From a virus (Duplodnaviria; Caudoviricetes), in the IMG/VR virus record IMGVR_UViG_3300025707_000006, positions 32,001 to 96,000 of that record: DNA of 64,000 nucleotides. One strand, given 5' to 3'. This document shows, piece after piece, positions 9,301 to 18,816 of the stretch. Below the pieces are notes generated by a model. The model ran no database searches and was not told where the DNA came from. It saw only the letters and a list, made by a program, of their open reading frames with translations. The position numbers and the translations under genes are program-made. Position 1 is the first letter of the stretch. The number at the start of each line of letters is the position of its first letter.

Positions 9301-9873
9301 TCCAAACTTTTTACGAGATACTGGGAGAAATCCGAACCCAGGTGATATGGAGTCTCCTGTTGAGATTTGATTTCCCTTATCATCGACTTTCATATTAAAG
9401 GTCGCCTTCTCTACAGTTCCTGGAGAAAAGGTAGCGACTTCTTCAATATGGTCAGCCCATGCGAGGAGATACCGACTACCTTCAAATGGTTCACCCTTAA
9501 AGTCGGTTCGTAGTCCATAAGCAAACACAGGTATTTCGAGCAAGTCAACGACCTTTGTTAGACCGAGAACTTGCTCACGACTAAAGAACTGAGCTTCGTC
9601 AACAAAGACGACTTGGATACCCTCTGATCCGACATCTTTTCTGAAGATCACCTCTTGCATAATGAGGTTGTAGGGATCTTCACTTGTTCCGACTGTGGTA
9701 GCTTTCTGCTCAAAGCCGATCCTTGAGGCGACTTTTGATTTCCCATCCCGACCTTGTGCCACTTCTGGTACAAGGATACGAAACTCTATTTCTCGCTCTT
9801 TACAGGAATGTGCTCTCATGATGAGGTTAGCAGATTTACCTGCGTTGACAGTGGAGTAGATAAAGTTTAACAA
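9292..9873 (-). CDS. tdk: Thymidine kinase
   Basis: YSTVNAGKS P-loop, VASRIG, VFVDEAQF, YGLRTDFKGEPFEGS..LLAWAD. Confidence 0.93.
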   Translation of the reverse strand: MLNFIYSTVNAGKSANLIMRAHSCKEREIEFRILVPEVAQGRDGKSKVASRIGFEQKATTVGTSEDPYNLIMQEVIFRKDVGSEGIQVVFVDEAQFFSREQVLGLTKVVDLLEIPVFAYGLRTDFKGEPFEGSRYLLAWADHIEEVATFSPGTVEKATFNMKVDDKGNQISTGDSISPGFGFLPVSRKKFGLE

Positions 9874-10472
9874 GGTAATAAATCCTCTCGTTCAAGTAAG
9901 TAAGCGACCTTTTCACGCACCTGCTTTACATACTTATTAACGAGTCTAATTTCCCAACCATATTCACGACTGATATGGGCTTTCTTTAGTCCGTTTATAA
10001 GGGCATCATACACTTTGAGTAAAACTCCTGAAAAACTGGCTCTGATTTCTTCTGCGAAGATTGCGTCTGAGGGGTCTTCCTCATAAGACGCATTATATGA
10101 ACAAGCCACATCCTCTTCCACACCAGGTACAAATCTATCACCCACACGATTAAATTTGTTCATGAAGTTCATGGTGATGCAATCAACCACCATAACAATA
10201 TAAGTAGACAACGCAGATTTATCTGGGTCATAAGGACATGACCCTCTATTTCGGATGAGTAGCCCTTTGTATACCTCTTGTAGTACCTCTTCGGTATCGA
10301 CTCCCGTTTTCATCAAATTCACCCCTTGTCTTTTGTAGAACAGCTTTTTGATGTCTTCTTTGTGTTTCCCTATATCAATACCCAGTGCTTTTACTTTGAA
10401 AGTATATGAAAAAATAGTAGGTAATCCCTCTTGCCACTTATATTTGGGCGAGAGGTCAGTATAATCATACAT
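9867..10472 (-). CDS. ECF-type RNA polymerase sigma factor-like protein
   Basis: Region 2-like DTEEVLQEVYKGL..YDPDKSALSTYI; region 4 HTH-like GLKKAHISREYGWEIRLVNKYVKQVREK. Confidence 0.7.
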   Translation of the reverse strand: MYDYTDLSPKYKWQEGLPTIFSYTFKVKALGIDIGKHKEDIKKLFYKRQGVNLMKTGVDTEEVLQEVYKGLLIRNRGSCPYDPDKSALSTYIVMVVDCITMNFMNKFNRVGDRFVPGVEEDVACSYNASYEEDPSDAIFAEEIRASFSGVLLKVYDALINGLKKAHISREYGWEIRLVNKYVKQVREKVAYLLEREDLLPC

Positions 10473-10530
10473 TAAGCCCCCTTTGCGTTTGGTCGGTAGA
10501 TGTACTCTTCATGTAGAAAGGTTGTTGTCA

Positions 10531-11517
10531 ATGAAAAAGACATTTCAAATCGAAATACTACATTGGGCTAAGACAAAGCACAATGTAGACACTAAATATA
10601 TACATAAATCTTTATCTGACAAGGATTTTAATAGTCTTTGCTTACTTTTGCACAAAAATAGGGGTATTGGCTCGGTGGTAGACACCAAAGAGATGGTGAG
10701 CGAGTACCTCAAAGAACATGGCATACAGTATATACCTCAATCTTTTAACGGGGTCGATGTAGATCTAAACTTCTTCTTCAACACCCACCCTCTCCAAGAA
10801 GATGGCTCGATTGAAGTTGATCTGTACCATATACTCTTACATTCGTGGTGTAAACCGAGTAGGATAAACTACAGAATACTTAAAAAACATCTTAAAGAAC
10901 TAGGGTATGGTTTAAAAACTTCATCTCCTACCTATTCTAATCACACAGAAAACTGCGTAGTTTCTCTTAAAACCAACTACCCTTTAAGTTTACCAAAGAC
11001 TCTGACACGCAATACCAAATCTATTAAGTGGTATGCAGAAGTACACCGTTGGATTTATTTGGAGTCCCCTAAAATCGAACTGAATGGCGAAACCTATACT
11101 TTGAATAGTATAGGTGAGAGGTGGGAAGCGTACTTTACAAAGCGTTTAATCGATCTTTTTGTCATGTCTGAAACTCCTTATCTACATAAGCACCCTCAAG
11201 TGAGAGGTGCTTACGAAAACGCCCCCCCTGTTCTTGCCCTGTGTGAACTGACACTTCGAGATGTTTTTAAGCCGACTAAGTTAAAAGACTGGGTAAATAC
11301 AGCTTTAAGGACTTCTGACCTTGAGACTTACGGTAAAGAGTCGGAGGTAGATGAGGTCTTTTTAGATACTGTTTATGATGAGGTTTGTGGCAAACTATCT
11401 AAAACTATGATAAAAGGCAACCCCATTAAAAGTTTTGATGTCGTTGGGGGTTGGATTTCTATAATAGTGATTGCTTACCTCAATGATATTTTGAGTGAAT
11501 ACCGATCACTATTATAA
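10531..11517 (+). CDS. Hypothetical protein
   Basis: Long ORF with an AGGT RBS-like sequence before ATG 10531. Confidence 0.65.
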   Translation: MKKTFQIEILHWAKTKHNVDTKYIHKSLSDKDFNSLCLLLHKNRGIGSVVDTKEMVSEYLKEHGIQYIPQSFNGVDVDLNFFFNTHPLQEDGSIEVDLYHILLHSWCKPSRINYRILKKHLKELGYGLKTSSPTYSNHTENCVVSLKTNYPLSLPKTLTRNTKSIKWYAEVHRWIYLESPKIELNGETYTLNSIGERWEAYFTKRLIDLFVMSETPYLHKHPQVRGAYENAPPVLALCELTLRDVFKPTKLKDWVNTALRTSDLETYGKESEVDEVFLDTVYDEVCGKLSKTMIKGNPIKSFDVVGGWISIIVIAYLNDILSEYRSLL

Positions 11518-11525
11518 GGAACAAG

Positions 11526-12320
11526 ATGAATCTACTGATATTTTTAGGACTCTCTTTTCAGTGTATGTTGAACCATATGTCTTATGCGTCCTCTATCCAC
11601 ATAAGACCTGGATGGGATGTGGTTCAATCAAGACCAGCTTCAGAGAGGCAACTTAAGAGGTTTCTAAGAGAACTGACAAAGAACGAAGAAGAATATATTG
11701 ACCCTCGCATCCTAGCCTTATCTTGGGTTGAGTCTCGTATACGACCAAGAGTACGAAGAGGAGATCGTGGTAAAGCCTGTGGGATGTTTCAAATCCATGC
11801 TCGCTACTCTTATCCCATGTTCAGAAGACGAAGGGGATTCAACGGTTGGGTCGAGGAAGAACAAAAAGAGGTGATTGGTAAGGAATGTCGCAAACTCGAA
11901 TCTATAAGGTACTCTGTAAAGACCGTAGAGAAACTTTTAGGTATGATGGATAAGAGAGACTTACACCCTTGTCATCATAACAGTGGCTTCTATGGTCGGT
12001 GTAATACATGGTATAAACAACGAGTAGATTACTGGACTGCGTACTTTAAATTCGCCAACTTTATATGCAATGAAAGGATAGTGAAGATTATGGCTATGAT
12101 GAGAACAGGAAATCCCATACCCACAGCACCCGCTACAATGATACAAGGATACCTAGACGCTATGGGAGGTAAAGAACCCCATAGCGAAGATACGACTTAT
12201 AAGTCGGGGTATGATCTAGCCAAACTCGTACAAGAGGGGAAGGCTCAAGCACCCTCTTGGGCGACTGAAGACTCAAACAGCACCTCGACAACAAGCGAGG
12301 GAACTGAGCGTGAGGGATGA
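11526..12320 (+). CDS. Lytic transglycosylase (SLT-like) with signal peptide
   Basis: ILALSWVESRI, GKACGMFQI, CHHNSG; hydrophobic N-terminus. Confidence 0.6.
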   Translation: MNLLIFLGLSFQCMLNHMSYASSIHIRPGWDVVQSRPASERQLKRFLRELTKNEEEYIDPRILALSWVESRIRPRVRRGDRGKACGMFQIHARYSYPMFRRRRGFNGWVEEEQKEVIGKECRKLESIRYSVKTVEKLLGMMDKRDLHPCHHNSGFYGRCNTWYKQRVDYWTAYFKFANFICNERIVKIMAMMRTGNPIPTAPATMIQGYLDAMGGKEPHSEDTTYKSGYDLAKLVQEGKAQAPSWATEDSNSTSTTSEGTEREG

Positions 12321-12981
12321 TTGGATAAGGCAAGGATTAATAGGGACACACCCTATACACCTACCTTATCTAGTATCAAGAGGGGTGAATGAAAGTTGTC
12401 TAGTAGATTTCTACTCATGGCAACCCCACACCAATGTTCAATGTCCAAAGTTTAAAGCTAACTTTGGACATTCAGGTGAGCGTATTAAAGACTCACTCAT
12501 AATCCCTATTACTTCCCCACGAGGGGAGATCTTAGGGATGGAAACACGCAGGATCAACGAGGACGGGTCTAAAAGAGTACATCAGTACCGAACCCTCAAT
12601 GCTCAATGGAATCCTTATGCTTTAGGTGCAGAGGAAGGTTTTAAGGCATTGTGGGAACTAGGAGATTTATGGGTTGTTGAGGGGATCTTTGATAAGATCT
12701 CTCTCGATAAGGTCATACCTAGTTGTGATGCCTGTATCTCAACCTTGAGGGCTGGTATGGATGCTATCACAATGGACATGATAGAGCGTTTCTACACACC
12801 TGCCTCAACCATATACATCTGTTATGATAATGATGAGACAGGTCAGAAGAAATCATATTGGCTTCAGCGTGAGATGAAGAAGCGAGGTATGAGGGCTGTT
12901 ATCTGGAAGTATCGAGGGAAAGACCCTAACGATGTGTGGACACAAGGAGGAGATCAAGCTCTAAGGAGAATGTTCCTGTAA
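12310..12981 (+). CDS. DNA primase (DnaG-type catalytic core/TOPRIM, no zinc-binding domain)
   Basis: YLVSRG, LIIPI, WVVEGIFD, ICYDNDETG, GKDPND. Confidence 0.85.
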   Translation: MRDDWIRQGLIGTHPIHLPYLVSRGVNESCLVDFYSWQPHTNVQCPKFKANFGHSGERIKDSLIIPITSPRGEILGMETRRINEDGSKRVHQYRTLNAQWNPYALGAEEGFKALWELGDLWVVEGIFDKISLDKVIPSCDACISTLRAGMDAITMDMIERFYTPASTIYICYDNDETGQKKSYWLQREMKKRGMRAVIWKYRGKDPNDVWTQGGDQALRRMFL

Positions 12982-14255
12982 TCTTCTTCAATATCTCTTA
13001 CTTCTAAATCCATGATTGCGTAAGAAAGCCCATCAACACCTCTCTTACTTTCATTTAGATTTATAGTAAAGTGTTTAGTTCCTGTTGTGATGTCCTCATC
13101 TTCTTCATTCTCAAAATATTCAATAACACATTGAATGTCCAAACGAAAATCTTCTTCATCGAAGAAAATCTTATCCCTTTCGAGATAATAATCGGAAAGC
13201 TCATATACCTCTCTACCTAGTTCAGTGCTTATCCACCTATCCACAACCTTAATCAAATGTTTTAATGCTTTCCCACTTCTATCTATTAAGTTAAGATTAA
13301 TCGCCTTACGAGCGTTACCGTAGGATTGTTTTTCGAGTCTTGCGATCCTCATCTCAAGAGGATTAATGATTTCTGATGCTGATCTTCGGTTAGAGGTACT
13401 TTTCAGATGTTTTACCACTTCTTTACGATCATGCTTTCCATCTACACTCCCTACTTCAACCCCGACAGGTTTTGCATCGGGAGAGCTAAAGTAAATGTAA
13501 GCCAAAAAGTGTTCATCAACCATACCCTTCTCTTCACAAAAGTCATCATAGCATATTTCTTTCTTTTGACCCTTATCAATCAAAAGCTCATAAAGACCCT
13601 GCTCGGATTTGATTTGCACAGCTTTGAGAATCTTTGGTCTGCTTTTGAAACCTTTGATAAATTTGGCTCTTTCAGCGGCTTTAATGACTTCTGTCTCCGT
13701 TAAACCAAAAGAGTCTTTTACCCATCTTTGAGAGAAGAAGTCTTTAACATCTTTAAAGTTAAATGCTTGTTTTTCAAGTCTAGCGATACGACCCTGTTTA
13801 CGAAGCCTATCTCGCTCTTGGTTGACCATTTTTTGATGCTCCTCTACTTCTTTACGAGCACTCTCTTGACCTACACGATAAATAACTTGATCAACGACTC
13901 GTTTAATGAAGTTTCTTTCGCTCATCTTTGAGTCATTTGCACCACTCAGTTCAAAGTCTACTTGTCTAAAGTCTCTGTTTCCACCTGTGATCTTGTACTC
14001 AGCAGTATCTTTCCCTTCTCTTTTTAGAGAGACTTGGTACACCTCACCTTCAAATTTGAACTTCCCTGATAACCGATTGTCCTTATCCATTTTCACATCA
14101 GAATTGACTGCTCTGTTGTCTTTTAGTCCTTTTAAAAACCACCCATGTACCGTATCTAGGGGGTTTTTTTCAAAAAGTCCAAAGATTGCTTGTTTTTCAA
14201 GACGAGCAATCCTCATCTGAAGGTTATTAATAATTTCACTGGCAGATCTTCTCAT
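12954..14255 (-). CDS. Three-module polyprotein-like protein with the leader repeated three times (start at ATG 14255)
   Basis: MRRSASEIINNLQMRIARLEKQA / GRIARLEKQA / RRSASEIINPLEMRIARLEKQS, separated by ~110-125 aa of unrelated sequence. Confidence 0.8.
   Translation of the reverse strand: MRRSASEIINNLQMRIARLEKQAIFGLFEKNPLDTVHGWFLKGLKDNRAVNSDVKMDKDNRLSGKFKFEGEVYQVSLKREGKDTAEYKITGGNRDFRQVDFELSGANDSKMSERNFIKRVVDQVIYRVGQESARKEVEEHQKMVNQERDRLRKQGRIARLEKQAFNFKDVKDFFSQRWVKDSFGLTETEVIKAAERAKFIKGFKSRPKILKAVQIKSEQGLYELLIDKGQKKEICYDDFCEEKGMVDEHFLAYIYFSSPDAKPVGVEVGSVDGKHDRKEVVKHLKSTSNRRSASEIINPLEMRIARLEKQSYGNARKAINLNLIDRSGKALKHLIKVVDRWISTELGREVYELSDYYLERDKIFFDEEDFRLDIQCVIEYFENEEDEDITTGTKHFTINLNESKRGVDGLSYAIMDLEVRDIEEDYRNILLRA
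13323..13388 (-). repeat. Internal copy of the leader-coding repeat
   Basis: CGAAGATCAGCATCAGAAATCATTAATCCTCTTGAGATGAGGATCGCAAGACTCGAAAAACAATC. Confidence 0.85.
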
Positions 14256-14318
14256 AATGGTTCTCCATTTGATTAAGGTTAGACTGATCACTTATGAGAA
14301 CCTATAAATAAACTATTA
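14187..14318 (-). repeat. Promoter+UTR+leader module copy
   Basis: TAATAGTTTATTTATAGGTTCTCATAAGTGATCAGTCTAACCTTAATCAAATGGAGAACCATTATGAGAAGATC. Confidence 0.9.
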
Positions 14319-14321
14319 AAG

Positions 14322-14654
14322 TCACCACCATGAGAGGTAAACGATCTCATACCCATCGTCTATTGCCTGTATAGCCGATTCTATGAACCTCCCTGTTTGA
14401 GTCTCCTCATATTTGCCACTCACTCCCCAAAAAGACCCTTTCGCTGTTTGTAAATTTTGATATTCATCTTTGAGTCTTAACAAGTCATCTTTGTCTAGGG
14501 AAAGCTCAACGCAGTTGAAACTCTCAGCGTTACCTCCTTTGGCATAGTATAACTCAGACATCCAGCCTTCAAGGTTGGCGTGTTTACGCCACTGTATGAT
14601 GTAGGTGTCTTCTTCGTCTTGTCGTCTTGTGAACGCATATTGATCTAATCCCAT
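14322..14654 (-). CDS. Conserved phage hypothetical protein (MGLDxY type)
   Basis: MGLDQY..WRKHANLEGWM..FNCVEL..Y.SWW; GAGGAG RBS. Confidence 0.7.
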   Translation of the reverse strand: MGLDQYAFTRRQDEEDTYIIQWRKHANLEGWMSELYYAKGGNAESFNCVELSLDKDDLLRLKDEYQNLQTAKGSFWGVSGKYEETQTGRFIESAIQAIDDGYEIVYLSWW

Positions 14655-14670
14655 TTATTGCTCCTCTGTG

Positions 14671-14931
14671 TTATGGTTCATTTCTATCAAAGTATTTGGG
14701 TAAGTCTATGATCTCGATAACTAAGATACCCTCTTGATCCGTAGTTAAACCCAAGCGTTTTGAGGGGTCATAAGCCTCAACCAAATGGTACTCTTTTTCA
14801 GGTCTGCTCATGTCGTAGTAAAGGCTTATTCCGTATCCGTCATAGGTCTTTGCTAGCCAGCTATAGTTGTGTTGACCATTGGGTTTTGGGTCTTTGCCTA
14901 TCAGATAGCTGATAGTTTCGATCTCTCTCAT
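14671..14931 (-). CDS. Hypothetical protein
   Basis: GGAGG RBS before ATG 14931. Confidence 0.55.
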   Translation of the reverse strand: MREIETISYLIGKDPKPNGQHNYSWLAKTYDGYGISLYYDMSRPEKEYHLVEAYDPSKRLGLTTDQEGILVIEIIDLPKYFDRNEP

Positions 14932-15005
14932 GATGACCTCCAAGTTTTCACTAAGGCGACAATAATAGCCACCTCAATGAGTCCACAGATTAAAGCGTAT
15001 GCCAT

Positions 15006-15368
15006 TTATTTGTCCTTTCGAGTCCAAGAGCCTGTCCAACTAGACTCTGTTGAGTTAAAGCCCCATTGGGGTGTTCCCAAAACAGGTGCAGGAGCTACGG
15101 TTTTACCGAGAGCTTTACGCTCCACCTCCCAAGACGATGCTCCTGTCTCATCACAGATGTACTTGAAGCTCACATAGCGATGCTTTTGACCCTTCTTGAT
15201 GTTGAACTTAGGGTGGTCTTTACGAGCGACCACCACTTTGTTAACAAAGGTGGCGTACCAATAACCATCCTCGTACTCGTACCCACTACAAGTGAGATGA
15301 CCACGATTCAAGCCGTCATAACCTTCTTCAGCCATGTAGTCGTTGTATCTGTCCATTGCTAAACTCAT
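15006..15368 (-). CDS. Hypothetical (putative early) protein
   Basis: AAGGAGAAC RBS; class-A motif at 15438-15423. Confidence 0.65.
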   Translation of the reverse strand: MSLAMDRYNDYMAEEGYDGLNRGHLTCSGYEYEDGYWYATFVNKVVVARKDHPKFNIKKGQKHRYVSFKYICDETGASSWEVERKALGKTVAPAPVLGTPQWGFNSTESSWTGSWTRKDK

Positions 15369-15449
15369 GTTGTTCTCCTTAGTGGAGTCTTGGTTGATGA
15401 GGTTCATTCCTCATGTAGTCTTATAGATAAGGGGTTACAGTTTCACCCC

Positions 15450-16010
15450 TTAGTCCTCATCTTCCTCCTCTCGCTCCTGCTCCTCACGATCAGCGGTACA
15501 CCATTTACAAAGAGCTTCATCATGGTATTCGTACTCGCTGATCTCATTCCCACAGTCCTCACACTCGTACTCCTCTTCGGGATCAGTCTCGATCTCAAGA
15601 GCACCCTCTGAGGTGTAGAAGGTGAAAGTACCATCATAGTAGTCAGCTCTACTAACTTGATCTTTTGTCATGGACACTGCTTTGACCCCACTGTCTTTGA
15701 GTTTCTCTTGGACTACCTCGTCCTCGATAAGCTCGACAGGGATTGCCCCAATGAGTCCTGCGTCAACAGGATAAGAGCGTCCGTCAGACCCCACATAAAA
15801 TCCATCGCCATGAGCTGTGGAATGCACAAAGATGGGATGACCCATGTAAGTGAGGTGTCCGTCAAAGTCCTCTTTGGACTCTGCCTTTTCAAGATCCTCG
15901 CAGAAGTTATTAACCCAAAGAGCATCGTTAGTCGCCCCTCCTGCCTCGATGGTGTGGAGGAAATAACAAGGATCTCCGATAAAGTGTGTTGGTGTTGGTG
16001 TCGCAGTCAT
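15450..16010 (-). CDS. Hypothetical protein with a C-terminal zinc finger and acidic tail
   Basis: FIGDPCY, TAHGDG, VDAGLIG, CEDC..CKWC; class-A motif at 16082; GGAG RBS. Confidence 0.7.
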   Translation of the reverse strand: MTATPTPTHFIGDPCYFLHTIEAGGATNDALWVNNFCEDLEKAESKEDFDGHLTYMGHPIFVHSTAHGDGFYVGSDGRSYPVDAGLIGAIPVELIEDEVVQEKLKDSGVKAVSMTKDQVSRADYYDGTFTFYTSEGALEIETDPEEEYECEDCGNEISEYEYHDEALCKWCTADREEQEREEEDED

Positions 16011-16059
16011 TTTTATTCTCCGTTTGGGGGAGTGATGAGGTAGTGATTCTGCCTCCATA

Positions 16060-16293
16060 CTAGGCAATAGATAAGGGGTTACAATCACACATTCGGGATT
16101 GGTTCTCCATATATAGACGAGCAGACTTAGAGATCTCAACGACATCAATCCTTGCTGTCTTTAAGTGGTTTGCTTGATCCACCTTCTCGGCTTCGATTTC
16201 TGCCACGATGCGTAGCGAATATACCTTCTCTACCTTGCCTTTGTGCGTGTAGTAGAGTGGCTGTCCTGTAGCTTTATTCTGAACATAATACAT
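16060..16293 (-). CDS. Small hypothetical protein
   Basis: MYYVQNKATGQPLYY...; fills the intergenic gap. Confidence 0.4.
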   Translation of the reverse strand: MYYVQNKATGQPLYYTHKGKVEKVYSLRIVAEIEAEKVDQANHLKTARIDVVEISKSARLYMENQSRMCDCNPLSIA

Positions 16294-16420
16294 AACTGTA
16301 ACCCCTAACCTATAAGAGATTGTGAGCGATCTCACTTGAAAGGATATTATACATGAAAATCTTAGAACAGAATAATATAACTACACTATCCATCAACCAA
16401 GACTCCATGAAAGGGGTAGC

Positions 16421-17632
16421 ATGAATCAGAACACATTTGTTATAGGAGGTGAATCTAAGTTCGCCTCTAAGTTTGTTGAACGCCTTAACAAACGCTTTGG
16501 TGATGAGTTGAAACTCATCATATCTAATCACAAGACATGGGATCAATCAGGAGATCGCAGAGAGGACATCCCCTCTGGCACCGACTTGGTTCTTGTCCTC
16601 AAGTCCAACTGCAACCACTCTTTACGAAACTGGGCAAAACAAGAGACCCTAAAAGAGGACATCAAGTTCATCGAATGTTCACACAAGACTGCCATAGCTG
16701 AGATGGACATAAGACACTGTTATCAACTACCCATGAATACAAACCTTGATACGACTCAAGAAGAACTTGATCTGTATGAGACTTGGGGTAGTTTCTTGGG
16801 TGAGCGTATCTTTATCCTTCCCCTTCTCGGCATGGAAGACGAAGGAATCTTTAATGGAAGAGATGCTTATGAGCGTATGCCTTGGGTGAAGACAGGTAAG
16901 AAAAAGATGGTAGCCAAGTGGGATCGTCTTTGGGTGTCTTACTCGAAGGATAGCTCGGAGGGTCTTCGTGCGATTCTCAATCGTGTTGCGAAAACTGAGG
17001 GTAGAAAAGCAACTCTTGAACCTCTCCATTTAATGAATAAGGGTAAGTCTCCTTACTTCAAACTCATTGAGATCTTTAAGTCCTTTAAAGATGGTAGCTT
17101 AGGTCGAGGTCAAGTAAATATGGTCGCTGATCAATGGGTTCGTGATGCGTATCTTGGCACAAACCTAAGAGACTTTCAAAGCAAGTCCAATCTCAAATAT
17201 GCCTTAAACTTAATCTTTGGTGCAGGTCTTGATGGGTTATCGCCCGAAACCTTAGAGGTCGTAGAAGAACACTTCCCTAAGCGTGGTAGACCAAAGGCTA
17301 AGAAGAGTTTGAAGACATCCACTCCAGTGGTTGAAACTACAGAGCAGGATCAAAACGAGACTCTAACCCCTATCCTTACTCAAGAGGATTGGGATGACTA
17401 TGTGGCACAAAACCCAATCATCGAAGAGGAGATTGAGCAACCTGTTGAACAACCTGTATCGGTAGACTCTCATGTACTTCTTGGTACTCTTAAACTCACA
17501 CCTAACGATAATGTGATCTGTATTGGTGAGGTACATCTTGAGGGGGATGTTCACATTTATGGTGACATCTCTCTTGAAGTTGATCGCATTGAAAATAACA
17601 CCCTATATGGTGTTAAAATCAAGAAAGGCTAA
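16421..17632 (+). CDS. Protein with an N-terminal DUF2325-like domain
   Basis: FVIGG...IPSGTDLVLVLKSNCNHSL..AKQE...IKFI; C-terminal beta module shared with the next gene. Confidence 0.6.
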   Translation: MNQNTFVIGGESKFASKFVERLNKRFGDELKLIISNHKTWDQSGDRREDIPSGTDLVLVLKSNCNHSLRNWAKQETLKEDIKFIECSHKTAIAEMDIRHCYQLPMNTNLDTTQEELDLYETWGSFLGERIFILPLLGMEDEGIFNGRDAYERMPWVKTGKKKMVAKWDRLWVSYSKDSSEGLRAILNRVAKTEGRKATLEPLHLMNKGKSPYFKLIEIFKSFKDGSLGRGQVNMVADQWVRDAYLGTNLRDFQSKSNLKYALNLIFGAGLDGLSPETLEVVEEHFPKRGRPKAKKSLKTSTPVVETTEQDQNETLTPILTQEDWDDYVAQNPIIEEEIEQPVEQPVSVDSHVLLGTLKLTPNDNVICIGEVHLEGDVHIYGDISLEVDRIENNTLYGVKIKKG

Positions 17633-17636
17633 ATGA

Positions 17637-18221
17637 ATGAAATTGTCGTCAATGGCGAAACTAATTTTACTGGACCCCATGAAGTTCCTTGATCTCGATC
17701 ATGGACAAAAGAACCCAGTAGATGCAAAGCACATTTGGACTGTTAAACACGAACAGGACAGTGCTGTCAGCGAAGGACTCTTTGTTGACGCACTAAAGTC
17801 TATCCGTAAGTTTGCTTCACAAAGGGGAGGCAAAGGTGAAGAAAAAGCCCTTATCCATAGATCCATTATCGAATACTCTGACCTTGTGTGGTCTAGGTTC
17901 GGTTCAGTTAATCAACTGAACTATCACCTCAAGGGTCTTTACGGTTGTGAACTGCCGAAAGTGTTTAGAGACCATATGCGACATCTTTTCTCAAATGCTC
18001 CTCAAGACACCATCGAAGAAGACCCGATTGAGGAGGTCTTAGAAGATCAGCCAAACATCTCACAAATCAGCCTTTGTGGTGTGAGTTTCAATCTCACCAC
18101 AGGGTCTAGTCTCATCATCGGTGAACTGGCTACGAAGTCGCTCAATTTGAAAGGGATGAGGTCGATTAATATCGACAAGGTGTCTGAGGGTCGTTTGTTT
18201 GGGGTTAGCCTTAAAGCCTAA
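17637..18221 (+). CDS. Hypothetical protein sharing its C-terminal module with the previous gene
   Basis: SLIIGEL..IDKVSEGRLFGVSLK vs VICIGEV..VDRIENNTLYGVKIK. Confidence 0.65.
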   Translation: MKLSSMAKLILLDPMKFLDLDHGQKNPVDAKHIWTVKHEQDSAVSEGLFVDALKSIRKFASQRGGKGEEKALIHRSIIEYSDLVWSRFGSVNQLNYHLKGLYGCELPKVFRDHMRHLFSNAPQDTIEEDPIEEVLEDQPNISQISLCGVSFNLTTGSSLIIGELATKSLNLKGMRSINIDKVSEGRLFGVSLKA

Positions 18222-18302
18222 GACTATCTTATGTGTCTCGGTTTCGTATACAGAGTAGTCGGGGTCTACCTCTTTAATAGCAAAAACCTGTCGAGTGGAC
18301 GC

Positions 18303-18758
18303 TTAGTATTCCTTACCTTTGGGTTCTTTTGTGATGTCTCTACGCCTATCTTTTAAACCCGCTTCACTAGCTTGAAGAACTAAGAATTTTTGAATGTCTC
18401 TCTTAGGGATATTTTTGTCTACACCAGTAGCTGTGACAACCGCAAACAGATCTGCCATCGAATTTTTATGCTCTCCTTGCTGATACAAATTCATTGCCAC
18501 TGATACTTTAATTTTATCACCATTATGTTCAATAATGGCTGTGTTCTTTGAACCCATGCCTAGCCTTTTTTGTATTTCTGCGTACCCTATCCCATACATA
18601 GGGTTACCATGAAACCAAAGTGATGCGGTATCAAACTTGGGCCTCTTTTTTTGTTCTCTTTCAGGTTCTTTAAATAAGTCCAAGATAGCACCTAAAAAAC
18701 CTTCTTTTTGCATATATCTGTACGCAACTCTACTAGCCATCTTATTACGAGTTCTCAT
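18303..18758 (-). CDS. Hypothetical protein with an RVASRY-type leader
   Basis: MRTRNKMASRVAYRYMQKEG-FLG; TAATAGTTCTTTTATA at 18813-18798. Confidence 0.7.
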   Translation of the reverse strand: MRTRNKMASRVAYRYMQKEGFLGAILDLFKEPEREQKKRPKFDTASLWFHGNPMYGIGYAEIQKRLGMGSKNTAIIEHNGDKIKVSVAMNLYQQGEHKNSMADLFAVVTATGVDKNIPKRDIQKFLVLQASEAGLKDRRRDITKEPKGKEY

Positions 18759-18816
18759 GGTTTATTTCCTTTGTCTGAGAGTCTCTATATGACTGCCTAT
18801 AAAAGAACTATTACAC

